A stretch of DNA of 64,000 nt from an uncultured Verrucomicrobiae bacterium (lineage in GTDB: Bacteria > Verrucomicrobiota > Verrucomicrobiia > Limisphaerales > Palsa-1400). This document shows, piece by piece, positions 44,290 to 54,547 of the stretch; the stretch's first letter is position 1, and each line of letters starts with the position of its first letter. The notes beneath the pieces are model-generated. The model had not been told where the DNA came from, did no database searches, and saw only the letters and a list, made by a program, of their open reading frames with translations. The position numbers were made by a program, and so were the translations under genes. Location: assembly GCA_963707025.1 (NCBI GenBank), contig CAVPOM010000005.1:96001-160000 (forward strand). Direction: 5' to 3'.

Positions 44290-46011
44290 CTAGGGAGCCG
44301 CACAACATCACAGACGCTTCAACGGGGCCGCGCCCGCGCGGGCGCGGAATGGACCCGCCAGTGGCGCAAGGCCGGACTGGCGCGTTAGATGCTTCAACGG
44401 GGCCGCGCCCGCGCGGGCGCGGAATGATGCCGGCAGTCGAACGCCTTCCGCGCTCATCGACGCTTCAACGGGGCCGCGCCCGCGCGGGCGCGGAATGGAA
44501 TGCGAGCGAGCATGTGACGAGCATGGCAAGCTTCAACGGGGCCGCGCCCGCGCGGGCGCGGAATGGCGATCGGCGCCATCGCCCATCTCGCATTGGCATG
44601 GCTTCAACGGGGCCGCGCCCGCGCGGGCGCGGAATGTACGGTGCCAATATTTCAACGGACGGCCACGCGGCCATGGACAGTATGCTTCAACGGGGCCGCG
44701 CCCGCGCGGGCGCGGAATGCGGTCCGTCGCGGCCCTGCCCAATCATCGCCGAAGCTTCAACGGGGCCGCGCCCGCGCGGGCGCGGAATGCCGCGCAGCAT
44801 CCGCCAGCCGCGCCCGTGCCGGTAATGCTCCGCTTCAACGGGGCCGCGCCCGCGCGGGCGCGGAATGGACGTCGCACGCAGTTGACGCCGGCCGCCGGCG
44901 CGATGACGCGAATGCGCAGTGCTTCAACGGGGCCGCGCCCGCGCGGGCGCGGAATGCGTCTGACGCGTGGCTACTGGCGAGCAGGACGCGTGCAGGCTTC
45001 AACGGGGCCGCGCCCGCGCGGGCGCGGAATGCCGGTCGACGGCTGCGCGCCTAGACAGCTCGCCGCAGCTTCAACGGGGCCGCGCCCGCGCGGGCGCGGA
45101 ATGATGCTGCGCGCCAAGGCCGACGATCCGCAGCTCATGGTGCTTCAACGGGGCCGCGCCCGCGCGGGCGCGGAATGCGAGGCAGCCAGCATCGGTCGCA
45201 TCAGCCGCAGCCTGGCGCTTCAACGGGGCCGCGCCCGCGCGGGCGCGGAATGCGCGCCGTCGCATGCTCGACGCTGCATGCCGCATCGCTTCAACGGGGC
45301 CGCGCCCGCGCGGGCGCGGAATGCGACGCCATCGTCGCGGCGCATGCGTCACCTGCGCTTCAACGGGGCCGCGCCCGCGCGGGCGCGGAATGTGTCGAAG
45401 TGCGCCAGCGCGGCTTCAACGGGGCCGCGCTCGCGCGGGCGCGGAATGCTGCGATGGGCAGCCTGCACGCTTCAACGGGGCCGCGCCCGCGCGGGCGCGG
45501 AATGGCCGACCGTGTCGACTGGCCAGCCGTGGCGGACGCTTCAACGGGGCCGCGCCCGCGCGGGCGCGGAATGATGCCTCGCCACGCGAGCACGCCGCGC
45601 CACGTCAAGGCTTCAACGGGGCCGCGCCCGCGCGGGCGCGGAATGTACGTGGACGGCCGCTGGACATCAGCGCTCGATAGTGAGCTTCAACGGGGCCGCG
45701 CCCGCGCGGGCGCGGAATGCAGCGCTGCGGCATGCCTCGCCAGCCGGCGACCGTCTCGCCGGCTTCAACGGGGCCGCGCCCGCGCGGGCGCGGAATGCGA
45801 ATGGCTGGCCGCGGCCAGCGCAGTGGCCAAGCTGCTTCAACGGGGCCGCGCCCGCGCGGGCGCGGAATGCTGGCGCGAGGCCCAGCTGGCGCGCTGCGAT
45901 ACGCGCTTCAACGGGGCCGCGCCCGCGCGGGCGCGGAATGGCAATTGGCTGCTGGCCTTGCGCGCAGGCGGATGCGCTTCAACGGGGCCGCGCCCGCGCG
46001 GGCGCGGAATG

Positions 46012-46215
46012 TTCTCTCTCGTAACTCTTTCCAGCGCAAGCTCGCAACGACTGATTTGCGATTGCCTGCGTCCATTTCGTTTCCATTCTTTTCCTGCTGT
46101 GGATCTGTCTCACACTATTCGTTCAATATCAAGCGTTTACGTCATGCGAGCACCAGCGGGGTTTTCCGCGTCACCTCGCCGCTCGCAGGTTCGATTATCA
46201 AAGAACACCAAAGTC
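46012..46215 (-). promoter_or_regulatory. CRISPR leader
   Basis: AT-richer non-coding stretch between the cas2 stop and the first repeat. Confidence 0.75.
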
Positions 46216-46506
46216 TCACACCACATAACACGGCGCGTCCAGTTTCACATAGGGCAGTCCCAACGCCGTAATTACCCGATCCCCTCGCCCCTCCGCTGGC
46301 CCCAGCCCAACAAAAATTACTTGATCCTCATCGTGGTTGATGATTTCGGTCAAAGCAGATTCCAGTTCAATCTTCTCCGACGGGTTCAGATCGCACTCGA
46401 ACACCGAAAATTGCAGGTGGTCGCCAAAATTGCTGCAAGTCTTGAATACCTTCCGCAACCGTTTGTCGTCTGCAATATCGTAACACACCAAATACGTAGT
46501 TCTCAT
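46216..46506 (-). CDS. cas2: CRISPR-associated endoribonuclease Cas2
   Basis: YLVCYDIADDKRLRKV...G..LQFSVFEC. Confidence 0.97.
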   Translation of the reverse strand: MRTTYLVCYDIADDKRLRKVFKTCSNFGDHLQFSVFECDLNPSEKIELESALTEIINHDEDQVIFVGLGPAEGRGDRVITALGLPYVKLDAPCYVV

Positions 46507-46509
46507 GGG

Positions 46510-48642
46510 TCACCTGGTCAACAATGGAATGTATTCAGCGATTTCGCCGGTCAGGGTTTTTGCCAGCAGTCGCGCCTGCAATTCCAGCGCCCGACGATAG
46601 CTGACTTTGTAGTCGAACAACGGATGCGTGATCAACGAACTCATGCGCTGCTCGTACATCTGGAAAAAGCGCTTCCGCCCGGGTGCGGTCAGATTCACTG
46701 CTTGGCCGGCCCGCACAAAATCCTTTTCCGTGACGACGTGATTGTTGATGCAACTCAACACTGTGGACTCCGCCACCAACGGCCTCATTTCTTCCATCAA
46801 ATCCAACCCCAACGCCGGCCGCCCAAACCGGGGTTGGTGGTAAAACCCAATGTACGGGTCAAAACCGACTGCCAAGGCGGCGAGCGTGCAATCCTTGCTC
46901 AACATGCTATACGCCAGGGAAAGCATCGCGTTGACGGGGTCAGTCGGCGGCCGGCGGTTGCGATTGGTGAAGTTGAAGTTGAACGCAAGTTGTTTGGGAT
47001 CTTTGCCAGGCATTTCGAGGCCGGGCAGGTCGTCTTCCACCTTGATCATGCCGCTGAACTGCTGGAAATACTGGCTCGCAGCGGCCCCCTCGATGCCGAG
47101 GAGTTCCTCGACTGAAGCCGCCGCCAGCGCATCCTCGGATGCCCGCTTCAGTTTCAGGATGATTGGTTCCGGAGGCTCCAGGTGATTGCGCATAAGGAGG
47201 GTGCGGTGGTTGCGGATTTTTCCATGGACAAATCGTCTGGCGAGCGAAAGGCACATCGCCTCATCTCGCGCCAGCCGAAATTGCTCCATCCGCAAGAACA
47301 CATTCTTCAACGAGTGCCCGCGCGTGATGCCGTAAAACCAGCCGCCCATCGAAAAGTAAGTGATCGGGATTTCCTGGTCGCAAAGCGATTGAATGGCCTG
47401 AGTCGAGATCTGGATGTTTCCGAACAGCGCAACATGTGAAAGATCGCGCATCCGCACTTCCTCGATGACCCTGTCCTTTTCTTTGACCGTCAACACCTCG
47501 TCTTTGCATCCCACACGATAACCCTGGGTGTTCAGATAAAGCGGGCGGGTGTCGTCGCGGGCGGCGATCAATCTCCTGGGCGGCTTGCCCGCCACGGCAG
47601 ATTTATCGTCTGGTGCGGACGGATTCTCCAGCAAAGCCGCCTCAAGATCCGGGGGAATTTGCGCCAGCATCCGCGTTTCGTCCGGCAGGCAAACCGGCGC
47701 AAGCGAACACCGCACGCATTTTGGAGAATTGACCAATGGCTTCGGGATTGGCCCGGTGACAATCCGTTTGGCTTCCCCAATGCTTTGCAAAATCCAGCTT
47801 TCCAGTTCGGGCGTGATCGGCAGGCGAACGCGCTGCTTCGCGGCGCGATAATAGATAATGCCATCGTTGCAGGTGTAGCCGTTGTCACGCAGGATGAGCG
47901 CCTGCAATCCAAGCTGCATTTTGTCCGTGTCCCACAGTTCGTTTGCCTCTTCCCCCTCTTTGGGCGCACCCGCCTTGTAATCAACCGGACAGACCTCCAA
48001 CGCGGTGAGCAAATCCCCTTTTTCCGCCTTGGTTTCAACGAGGTCCATCTTTGCCACGACGCCCAACCGCTCTGATCCCATTTGGACGGAACGCGAATGG
48101 ATTGTCTCCGGCTCGGCGTTCTTGGTTTCAGCCTCCTTGCTGGTGGATTCAGTCGCCGCTGATGTCTCCTTTTCCGCACTTGGCTTGTCGGCGTCCGCCT
48201 TCCGCTTGGCTTTTGGCAGGGCGCCGCTGCCCGAATCAACGCGCTGGTGGATCGCGCCTCCCCGCAACGTGTCCGCGCTTTCGACGAAAACCCCCTCGAC
48301 GAATTCGTAATAGAAGAGCCGCTGGCAATACACGAATTCGTTCAGCATCCGCGCCGGAATTTGCTGCGGCTCAGACTCTTGGCGGGAAGGCGATGGCGGA
48401 GACTGAGAGATTGCGGGCGGCGGAGTTTCAACCTGAGCTTGCGCAAGACTGGCCAATTGAGCTTCAACAGCCTCCACCCGCAAAGTTATCTTCATCGGCT
48501 GCGGTTCGTCGGTCTGCCGGCGCAACCCCGGTTGGTCACTGGTTCTTGCGCCGCCTGCTCCGGGAGTAATGCCTCTTGGCACCACGGTTATTTCCGGTTC
48601 TGTCGAACGTGATCCTGCGAGTATTGGTTTTTTTTCGTCCAT
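46510..48642 (-). CDS. cas4-cas1: Cas4-Cas1 fusion (type I-G style)
   Basis: Cas4: YC.RL, D...P.DYK.G, Q...Q, C.RCSL...C. Cas1: LLGIEG, RNRRPP.DP.NA.LS..Y, GFYH, LDLMEE.RP. Confidence 0.95.
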   Translation of the reverse strand: MDEKKPILAGSRSTEPEITVVPRGITPGAGGARTSDQPGLRRQTDEPQPMKITLRVEAVEAQLASLAQAQVETPPPAISQSPPSPSRQESEPQQIPARMLNEFVYCQRLFYYEFVEGVFVESADTLRGGAIHQRVDSGSGALPKAKRKADADKPSAEKETSAATESTSKEAETKNAEPETIHSRSVQMGSERLGVVAKMDLVETKAEKGDLLTALEVCPVDYKAGAPKEGEEANELWDTDKMQLGLQALILRDNGYTCNDGIIYYRAAKQRVRLPITPELESWILQSIGEAKRIVTGPIPKPLVNSPKCVRCSLAPVCLPDETRMLAQIPPDLEAALLENPSAPDDKSAVAGKPPRRLIAARDDTRPLYLNTQGYRVGCKDEVLTVKEKDRVIEEVRMRDLSHVALFGNIQISTQAIQSLCDQEIPITYFSMGGWFYGITRGHSLKNVFLRMEQFRLARDEAMCLSLARRFVHGKIRNHRTLLMRNHLEPPEPIILKLKRASEDALAAASVEELLGIEGAAASQYFQQFSGMIKVEDDLPGLEMPGKDPKQLAFNFNFTNRNRRPPTDPVNAMLSLAYSMLSKDCTLAALAVGFDPYIGFYHQPRFGRPALGLDLMEEMRPLVAESTVLSCINNHVVTEKDFVRAGQAVNLTAPGRKRFFQMYEQRMSSLITHPLFDYKVSYRRALELQARLLAKTLTGEIAEYIPLLTR

Positions 48643-48645
48643 ATT

Positions 48646-50061
48646 TCACCTTCCAGCCGCCACACAGGAGTCGTGCCATGCCCTGATGCCCTTGATCACG
48701 CGCCGATGTTTAACAGCCTTGATTGTTCGATTAAGCCGCGCCGCAATTTCCTGGTCCGGCCCCGTTCCCAGCAGGGAATCTTCATCGGGCCGCCAGGCCG
48801 GTGCCGCCCTCCGCACACTCAGAATGCCCCTTTTGCCCCGGGCGCGACGGACGGTGGCCAAAGAATGTCCCGTGCGGCGAACGATTTCCTCGTCCGGCAA
48901 TTCTCCCAGTAATGACAATTCGTTGGGTTTCCAGATTTCGTAGTGGGGATTGCAGAACGGAATACCCAGGTTGAGCCGCTTATCACGCACATTTGCCAGC
49001 GACCGGTTGACCAGCTTGCCCACTTCCCGGTCTGGACGGGTGCCAAGCAACGCAATCTCCTCCTTCGTCCAATGCCGGTTATTGGGATTGTTGTTCGGCA
49101 ACCCGAGCAACCACCGCCGCCGGCGGACCCTCGACAGGGAATAGCCCAGCCTGCGCGCCACTTCTTCGTCTGTGAACTTGCCCAGCAACGCGTCCTCTTC
49201 CTCCGTCCAAGTGATATAACGTGCCCCCGGTTTGGCACGCACCCCGTTCACCGGTTGCCTTCCACGACCATCAGGCGCGACGAGCTTGACGATTTTGAAC
49301 ACAGCATCCGGCTTGGTCCGGCCCAATGCACAGCGGCGCGCTTCCACCGCTTGAAACGTGCGCCCAAACGCGAGCGCCAGTTCCTTGTCCGGCTTCGAGC
49401 CGAGTAATGCTTCCTCCTCCGGCGTCCACGGACGAGACCTGTATTTGGGCGGGATGCCCAGCTTTTTGCGCCGCCAACCCACATTCGTCAGGCTACGGCC
49501 GAGAAGCATGGCGACCTCACGATCGTTGCGCATTCCGAGAATCCAGTCGTCTTCCGGACGCCAATCCTTTTTCACCCGGATGCGCTTCTTCCAACGGCGA
49601 TGCCGCACCGTACTGACCGGACGGCCAAACTTCCGGGCCAGCACCTTGTCCGGCTGCGTCCCCAGCAACCGATCCTCCTCCTGTGTCCAGTCCGGCTGCT
49701 TTTGCCTCGCCTTGCCGCCGGCCAACTGGAGTCGCATTTTGCAAACCCGTTCGTGGCTCCAGCCGAGGATGGCGCGCAGTTCCCGGTTTGATTTCGTGGC
49801 GAACAAATGCGAGTAATGATCCTGCGGCTCCCGTTCCATGCGAAAGGGCTGCGGCGCATGTCCAACCGCTCGTTTTCCGAGCAATTGGCGCCGGTCCCGC
49901 ACGCCAAGCAACGTGCGATGCAGCTTTTCCGTCACTTCGCGGTCGGTCAATTTGCCGAGCAACGCATCCTCCTCCTTTGTCCACGGAAACTGCCGCGTCG
50001 AACGAAGCCCCTCTTCCTGGCCGATTTTCCGCTGCGGACGGGGTGGAGGCGGGGCTTTCAT
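48646..50061 (-). CDS. Tandem Myb/SANT-like HTH repeat protein (9 repeats)
   Basis: Repeated WTxEEDxLLGxxxDxE(V/L/I)AxxxGRxxxxVxxRRxxLGI; very basic. Confidence 0.8.
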   Translation of the reverse strand: MKAPPPPRPQRKIGQEEGLRSTRQFPWTKEEDALLGKLTDREVTEKLHRTLLGVRDRRQLLGKRAVGHAPQPFRMEREPQDHYSHLFATKSNRELRAILGWSHERVCKMRLQLAGGKARQKQPDWTQEEDRLLGTQPDKVLARKFGRPVSTVRHRRWKKRIRVKKDWRPEDDWILGMRNDREVAMLLGRSLTNVGWRRKKLGIPPKYRSRPWTPEEEALLGSKPDKELALAFGRTFQAVEARRCALGRTKPDAVFKIVKLVAPDGRGRQPVNGVRAKPGARYITWTEEEDALLGKFTDEEVARRLGYSLSRVRRRRWLLGLPNNNPNNRHWTKEEIALLGTRPDREVGKLVNRSLANVRDKRLNLGIPFCNPHYEIWKPNELSLLGELPDEEIVRRTGHSLATVRRARGKRGILSVRRAAPAWRPDEDSLLGTGPDQEIAARLNRTIKAVKHRRVIKGIRAWHDSCVAAGR

Positions 50062-50534
50062 ACAGGTAGACTCGTTGATGTTAGCTCTGGCGCTGATCCG
50101 CCTTGCGCGCGCTTGAACATTCCATAATGACGGCGAAGACGGTCAATATAGGCGCGATCCTCAAGGAGAATTTGGCGAAACAACTCCAGCAGCGCCGGAG
50201 ACAGTTTGGACTGCGTATTCAACGGGTCCAGGTCGGCGCTGGCCAACTCCCGCGCGCTCTCGCGGTCGCCGTGCAGCCATTTAGCGTAAAAATCCTCGCT
50301 CTCCCAGCCGTAATTGATCGTGGCCAGAACTTTATTGGGCCGGTCAGCGCGGCAGACCTGAAAGAGGACGCGCCGGCAGTCGCAAGTCGGCTCATTGCAA
50401 TACAATTCCAGAAACCCATATTCGCCGGCGGGCAACCCGGCGTGGGGTTCCAGGAGCCTGATCGTGCGCGTCTCGCGCGCCGCCAACTCTGGGAAACGCG
50501 AGAAAAACGGGGCCATGTGTGCAAGAGGCTTCAT
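50058..50534 (-). CDS. Conserved hypothetical protein with YCxxxxCDC motif
   Basis: LPAGEYGFLELYCNEPTCDCRRV...INYGWE...YIDRLRRHY. Confidence 0.7.
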   Translation of the reverse strand: MKPLAHMAPFFSRFPELAARETRTIRLLEPHAGLPAGEYGFLELYCNEPTCDCRRVLFQVCRADRPNKVLATINYGWESEDFYAKWLHGDRESARELASADLDPLNTQSKLSPALLELFRQILLEDRAYIDRLRRHYGMFKRAQGGSAPELTSTSLPV

Positions 50535-50540
50535 TGTAAC

Positions 50541-50787
50541 TCACTCGCAAAACAGGCGTCGAAACAACTTCTTCGGACAGTTGCCGGCCTTCCTGAGACA
50601 GCACCACCGATTTGGCCTTCTTTTTCGGATCAGAAATCAGGCCCTTCTTGTGGAGGCGGTCCAGAGCATCCCAATCGTGACTCTTCCACGCCCGGGTAAG
50701 CGCCAATTCGTCCTTTCCCTCGGTAAAGCTGGTCAAATAGAGCAACGCCAGCACCGCGTCATCAATTTTGTCGAGGTTGGGTTTCAT
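50541..50787 (-). CDS. DUF6429-like small winged-helix protein (+1 frameshift near the 3' end)
   Basis: IDDAVLALLYL...AWKSHDWDALDRLHKKGLISDP..KAKSVVLS.EG; corrected end LSEELFRRLFCE*. Confidence 0.7.
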
Positions 50788-50797
50788 AGTTGTGAAA

Positions 50798-51545
50798 TCA
50801 TTGGACGGTTTCCGTGGCAACTGGAACAAACTGGCCAAGACCGAAGTGGCAGGAATGGCCGAGAACGAGGGGGCCGCAGATCGGTTTTTCGGTTTGGAAC
50901 TCAACGGTGAAAGCCAGTCGCCTGGACGGCGAAAGCCTGTTGATTGCGCAGTGTTTAGCGATCCGCACTCGAATATCACCCCATCGAACGATCCGCACTT
51001 CCCGGGGCTTGCAATTTGGAACCTGTTCCAACTCCTGGCACAGTTGGTTTTCTGGTAGGAGATGACGCTTCCCATGTGTTCCCCAAAATTGACGTAGCGG
51101 TACATACGGCGTTGCGCTAATCCAACGAGTCGCAAGTTGCCGGAAACACTGGTCATCTGTGTCGGCAAGTTCCAGGAAAATCCTAGTGGAAGGGCCATTC
51201 CACTGTAGTGCCTTGACAATTCTGAGTGCCTCTATCTCCTCTTTGGAAAACCGCAGATGTGGGTCTCACGAGAACAATTCCGACAATCGCTCCGTCCGCA
51301 GCGGGTTGGGGCAAGTAGAAAGCGTGATGATGGCCCCTATCTGGTTGGCCGTCGGGTTGATGGCCGGTCAACAGAAACGAGTCCTTACTCCCGGTTGTCG
51401 CATGAAAAGCTGATAAGGCCGCTGCGCGAAATGCTTCAGCCACCGCGACGGTAGAACGCACCGGTGGGCGACCCTGAGCGAAGGTGAATCGTACTATTTG
51501 ACCCGAGGGTTGTGTGAATTCTGTGGCCGGTTTGAGAAGGCTCAT
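50798..51545 (-). CDS. csb2: Short Csb2 (type I-G Cas5/6 family), Cas6-like half only, ~248 aa, one frameshift
   Basis: VAEAFRAA, L.GH..DG.P...H.HAFYLP, W.SATPYV, GPLVLGHSCHFGLGQF Gly loop; ATGA overlap with the cas3 stop; indel near 51260. Confidence 0.8.
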
Positions 51546-53854
51546 CGGTTTCTCCTCCATCCTGTCGTTGTGTCGTAGTAATCGGACGAGATTGCCAGCG
51601 GCATGTGAACACAATCAAACCGTTCGTCCGGCTCAATGCTATATGCGTGTTCTCGCGGAATTTCAACCATCCGTTGGGCGATCTCGTTGCGCAGCATCCG
51701 AAGTCGCTTTCTCCGAGTCTGCAAGTCGGCCAGTTCATGGGCCGCTGTCAGTTTCTCCCACACTCGTTGATCCGACTCGTCTGTCTCTACAAAGTGGGCA
51801 ATCCGGTTCGGGGCCTCCTCGATAAGTCGGACGGCTTTCGTGTCCCGATCTCGGTCTTCGCCTTCTCCGCGCAATGCCGCAAACTGCATCATGCGCACAG
51901 CCTCCAGAATCTTCTGCGTCGTGTCCTGTCCCAAACGGGACTCTAATCTCTCAAAATACTGGTTCACGAGACTGCGCAGTTCTGGCTCGCGAAACGAGGT
52001 TCTCCTTTGGAATATCTCGCGTACAAGGCCCGAGTGAACCTGTCCATAGATGACGACTCCGCTGTAGCCTTCCAAATCGAAAACATACACTACCCCACGT
52101 TGACCTGTGCCATGCCGGTTGCAACGCCCGGCAGCTTGGATAATCGCATCCAGGGGAGCTAAAGCCCGGAAAACTACGTCAAACGACAGGTCCACACCGG
52201 CCTCGACCACTTGGGTTGCCACGAGAATATGGGGTTGGCGGCAGGAGTTCACCTGTTTCAATATCTCATTGCGATCCTTGGGGCGCAGATTGGTTGAAAG
52301 GTGAAAGAGCCTGTAACCGCGAAGATCAGGCGCCCTCTTTAACGAAGCGTGTAGTTCAAGGGCTTCCCGTACGGTGTTTAGAATGACCAAACATGAGCAC
52401 TGACTGTTCTTGGACAACTCGCTTACGACGCGGCACGTCAGGTTTTCCATGGACAGCGTAGTAGTGATATCCACGTACATGTCATAGCGGTCAAAGACAC
52501 TCACAAATTCCGCTGGATCAACACCGATTTCCTCCCTCTCCGACTGCGAGAAAAGTGCTGGCTGGGTAGCGGTAACCAACAGAATGTCAGTTCCAAATCG
52601 GTGGCTGAGCGACTGGAGTGCTAATCGCAATACCGGCCATAACTCGGCTGGAAAAGCTTGAACCTCATCCAGAATAAGGATTGCCCCTGCCAACTTGCTA
52701 AACCGCCGGGCATTAGCTGACGTGGCGTGGAACATTGCATTAGCGACCTGCACGAAGGTAGTGCAAACGACATCGGCACGCCAACCCTCCACCCAGCTTC
52801 GAGCCAACGATTCCTCGCCGCTTTGTTCCATCTGACCTAGCTCGGCAAGATGATGGTGAACTGCTATGGCGCTCTCATCAACGGGACCATCTCCCCAAAG
52901 CTTGCGGATGACGGCTACGTTTTGGTCAATAATGCTCGTGAACGGGAGCGCATAGATGACCGGGCAAATACACAGACCCGCCTTGATGCGAGCTTGCCGG
53001 CGAGCCAATGCCCAACCCAGTGCGGCAAGTGTTTTTCCTGCCCCAGTGGGAACGGTCAGAGTCCACAAGTGCCCGGAATTCGCCGGATGATCATTAGCGT
53101 GTGCGACCGCCGAAGCATAAACTCGGTTGCGCGCATCTGCAATCGTAGGTTGCGCCGCCGCGCCAAAACTCCGAGCGCTGCGGAATGCTGCGACGTGTTC
53201 CAACGAGAGTTGCGGCGGAGCGTCGAAGGTTCCAACGGCGTATCGGGCGGCCGAATCACGGTCTGCTTCAATGAGACGGCCAAAGTCGCGCAGCGCCGTT
53301 TGAAAGCGCACCATCGTGTCGCCATCGGAACAGGGTTGACGCAGGGCAATGTTCGCTTTCACCCTAAGTTCAATCAGACCACGCCTGTCCAGCACAGGCC
53401 GGACTACCGGCCCGCCAAGCCGTTCCGCAAACCAACCTGCGATTCCCGTAGCGTCCATCGTTCCGAATTGCTGCTGCAACCGATTCAGAGTGTGCTGATC
53501 GGGGTAGGTGGCCCCATCCAGAAGGTCGTCCAAACTCCCGTGATGGCGACGCACAAAGAGGAAAGCCAGTGCTGCATGAACTGCCATCACGCTTTCCCCT
53601 GAGGAAACAATAGGCTGCAGGAACTGCATCAGCCAAAAAGCTCCAACCTCCGCGTGCCAACGCAGCTCCGGCGACACATTCTCTCCATGCAGATAAGCTT
53701 GGAAAAAGCTGGTACCCTTACCAAGATCGTGGAACAACGCCGCCCAAGCCAGCCAGTAGCCATCACCAACATCGAGCCGGCTCCTCACATCCAGCAGATG
53801 GTCAATCAGCAATCGGCCAGGGTGTGATTCACAATGCGGAAATGCAGGTGCCAT
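51542..53854 (-). CDS. cas3: Cas3 with N-terminal HD nuclease and SF2 helicase
   Basis: L.DHL, FHDLGK, RHH, EAD, VPTGAGKT, DEVQ, TATQ, TQVVEAGVD, QAAGRCNR. Confidence 0.95.
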   Translation of the reverse strand: MAPAFPHCESHPGRLLIDHLLDVRSRLDVGDGYWLAWAALFHDLGKGTSFFQAYLHGENVSPELRWHAEVGAFWLMQFLQPIVSSGESVMAVHAALAFLFVRRHHGSLDDLLDGATYPDQHTLNRLQQQFGTMDATGIAGWFAERLGGPVVRPVLDRRGLIELRVKANIALRQPCSDGDTMVRFQTALRDFGRLIEADRDSAARYAVGTFDAPPQLSLEHVAAFRSARSFGAAAQPTIADARNRVYASAVAHANDHPANSGHLWTLTVPTGAGKTLAALGWALARRQARIKAGLCICPVIYALPFTSIIDQNVAVIRKLWGDGPVDESAIAVHHHLAELGQMEQSGEESLARSWVEGWRADVVCTTFVQVANAMFHATSANARRFSKLAGAILILDEVQAFPAELWPVLRLALQSLSHRFGTDILLVTATQPALFSQSEREEIGVDPAEFVSVFDRYDMYVDITTTLSMENLTCRVVSELSKNSQCSCLVILNTVREALELHASLKRAPDLRGYRLFHLSTNLRPKDRNEILKQVNSCRQPHILVATQVVEAGVDLSFDVVFRALAPLDAIIQAAGRCNRHGTGQRGVVYVFDLEGYSGVVIYGQVHSGLVREIFQRRTSFREPELRSLVNQYFERLESRLGQDTTQKILEAVRMMQFAALRGEGEDRDRDTKAVRLIEEAPNRIAHFVETDESDQRVWEKLTAAHELADLQTRRKRLRMLRNEIAQRMVEIPREHAYSIEPDERFDCVHMPLAISSDYYDTTTGWRRNR

Positions 53855-54546
53855 CAGCTAATCTCCAATAAGCTCTCAAGGAGGCCGCGATAGAACGGCC
53901 CGTGGTGTCCATCACATAAGCCTCGTACCGAGTCACTTCGCGGTTGGGTTGCATCACAGCCGGCAGACGAACCCGCTGATAAACCCCGTCCGCGTTCCAG
54001 TGGATTTCGTCTTGTACGTCATCCGAGCGTACAAGCGAAACGAATTCCCGATGATTCTTGTCGCCGGAGACCTCCTCCGCCTCCACGATTTGCACGCCGT
54101 CTCCGAACCAAGCGATCATCCAGGCGAGTCCCAGGCAGGGGGTGTAGCACGATTCCCCATGTTTTAGCGATTCCGCCAATTGACGAGCGAGGGTCGGATG
54201 ACTGAACATCACCCGGTAGCGTGGCTGTCGCAAGACCTCATACCGCACCGTCGTGCGTGGATTCACCGCTTTGAGGCGAAAGCTCGGATTCTGTTTCGTA
54301 TCCACCAGATTGATGGAGACGTATCCTGTGCGGAGTGGGCTCAGAATCTGTAGAACCGAACACCGCTTCGCTATCTTGGAAGTGTGCGAGTGACTCGTTC
54401 TTCGGCAGGCCAAGCACCGCACCGACCAATCCGCAGAGCGCCGTTCGCGGCGGAACGGGATACGTGAGAGCAGTCGTGATCGCGTATTGCCGCCTAAAGT
54501 GCGCCAAGTCGGACGCCACATCGAAGATGACAAACTCTCGACGCAT
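53829..54546 (-). CDS. cas5: Type I-B Cas5 (Cas5h-like), one frameshift
   Basis: FDV.SD.AHFRR......ALTYPVPPRTALCGLVGAVLG; YTPCLG. Confidence 0.88.
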
Positions 54547-54547
54547 C

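Larger units (their letters stand above)
42206..46011 (-). CRISPR. CRISPR array, 30 x 36-bp repeats (6 + 24, split by an IS), type I-G-like repeat
   Basis: Repeat on the - strand is CATTCCGCGCCCGCGCGGGCGCGGCCCCGTTGAAGC, containing a perfect 20-bp GC palindrome; orientation taken from the TTGAAGC 3' end and the leader next to cas2. Confidence 0.98.

Noticed and set aside
44214..47115. Long ORFs (203, 359, 646 aa) over the CRISPR array and cas1
   Set aside because: Translations of the stop-free GC-rich repeat and of the cas1 antisense strand.
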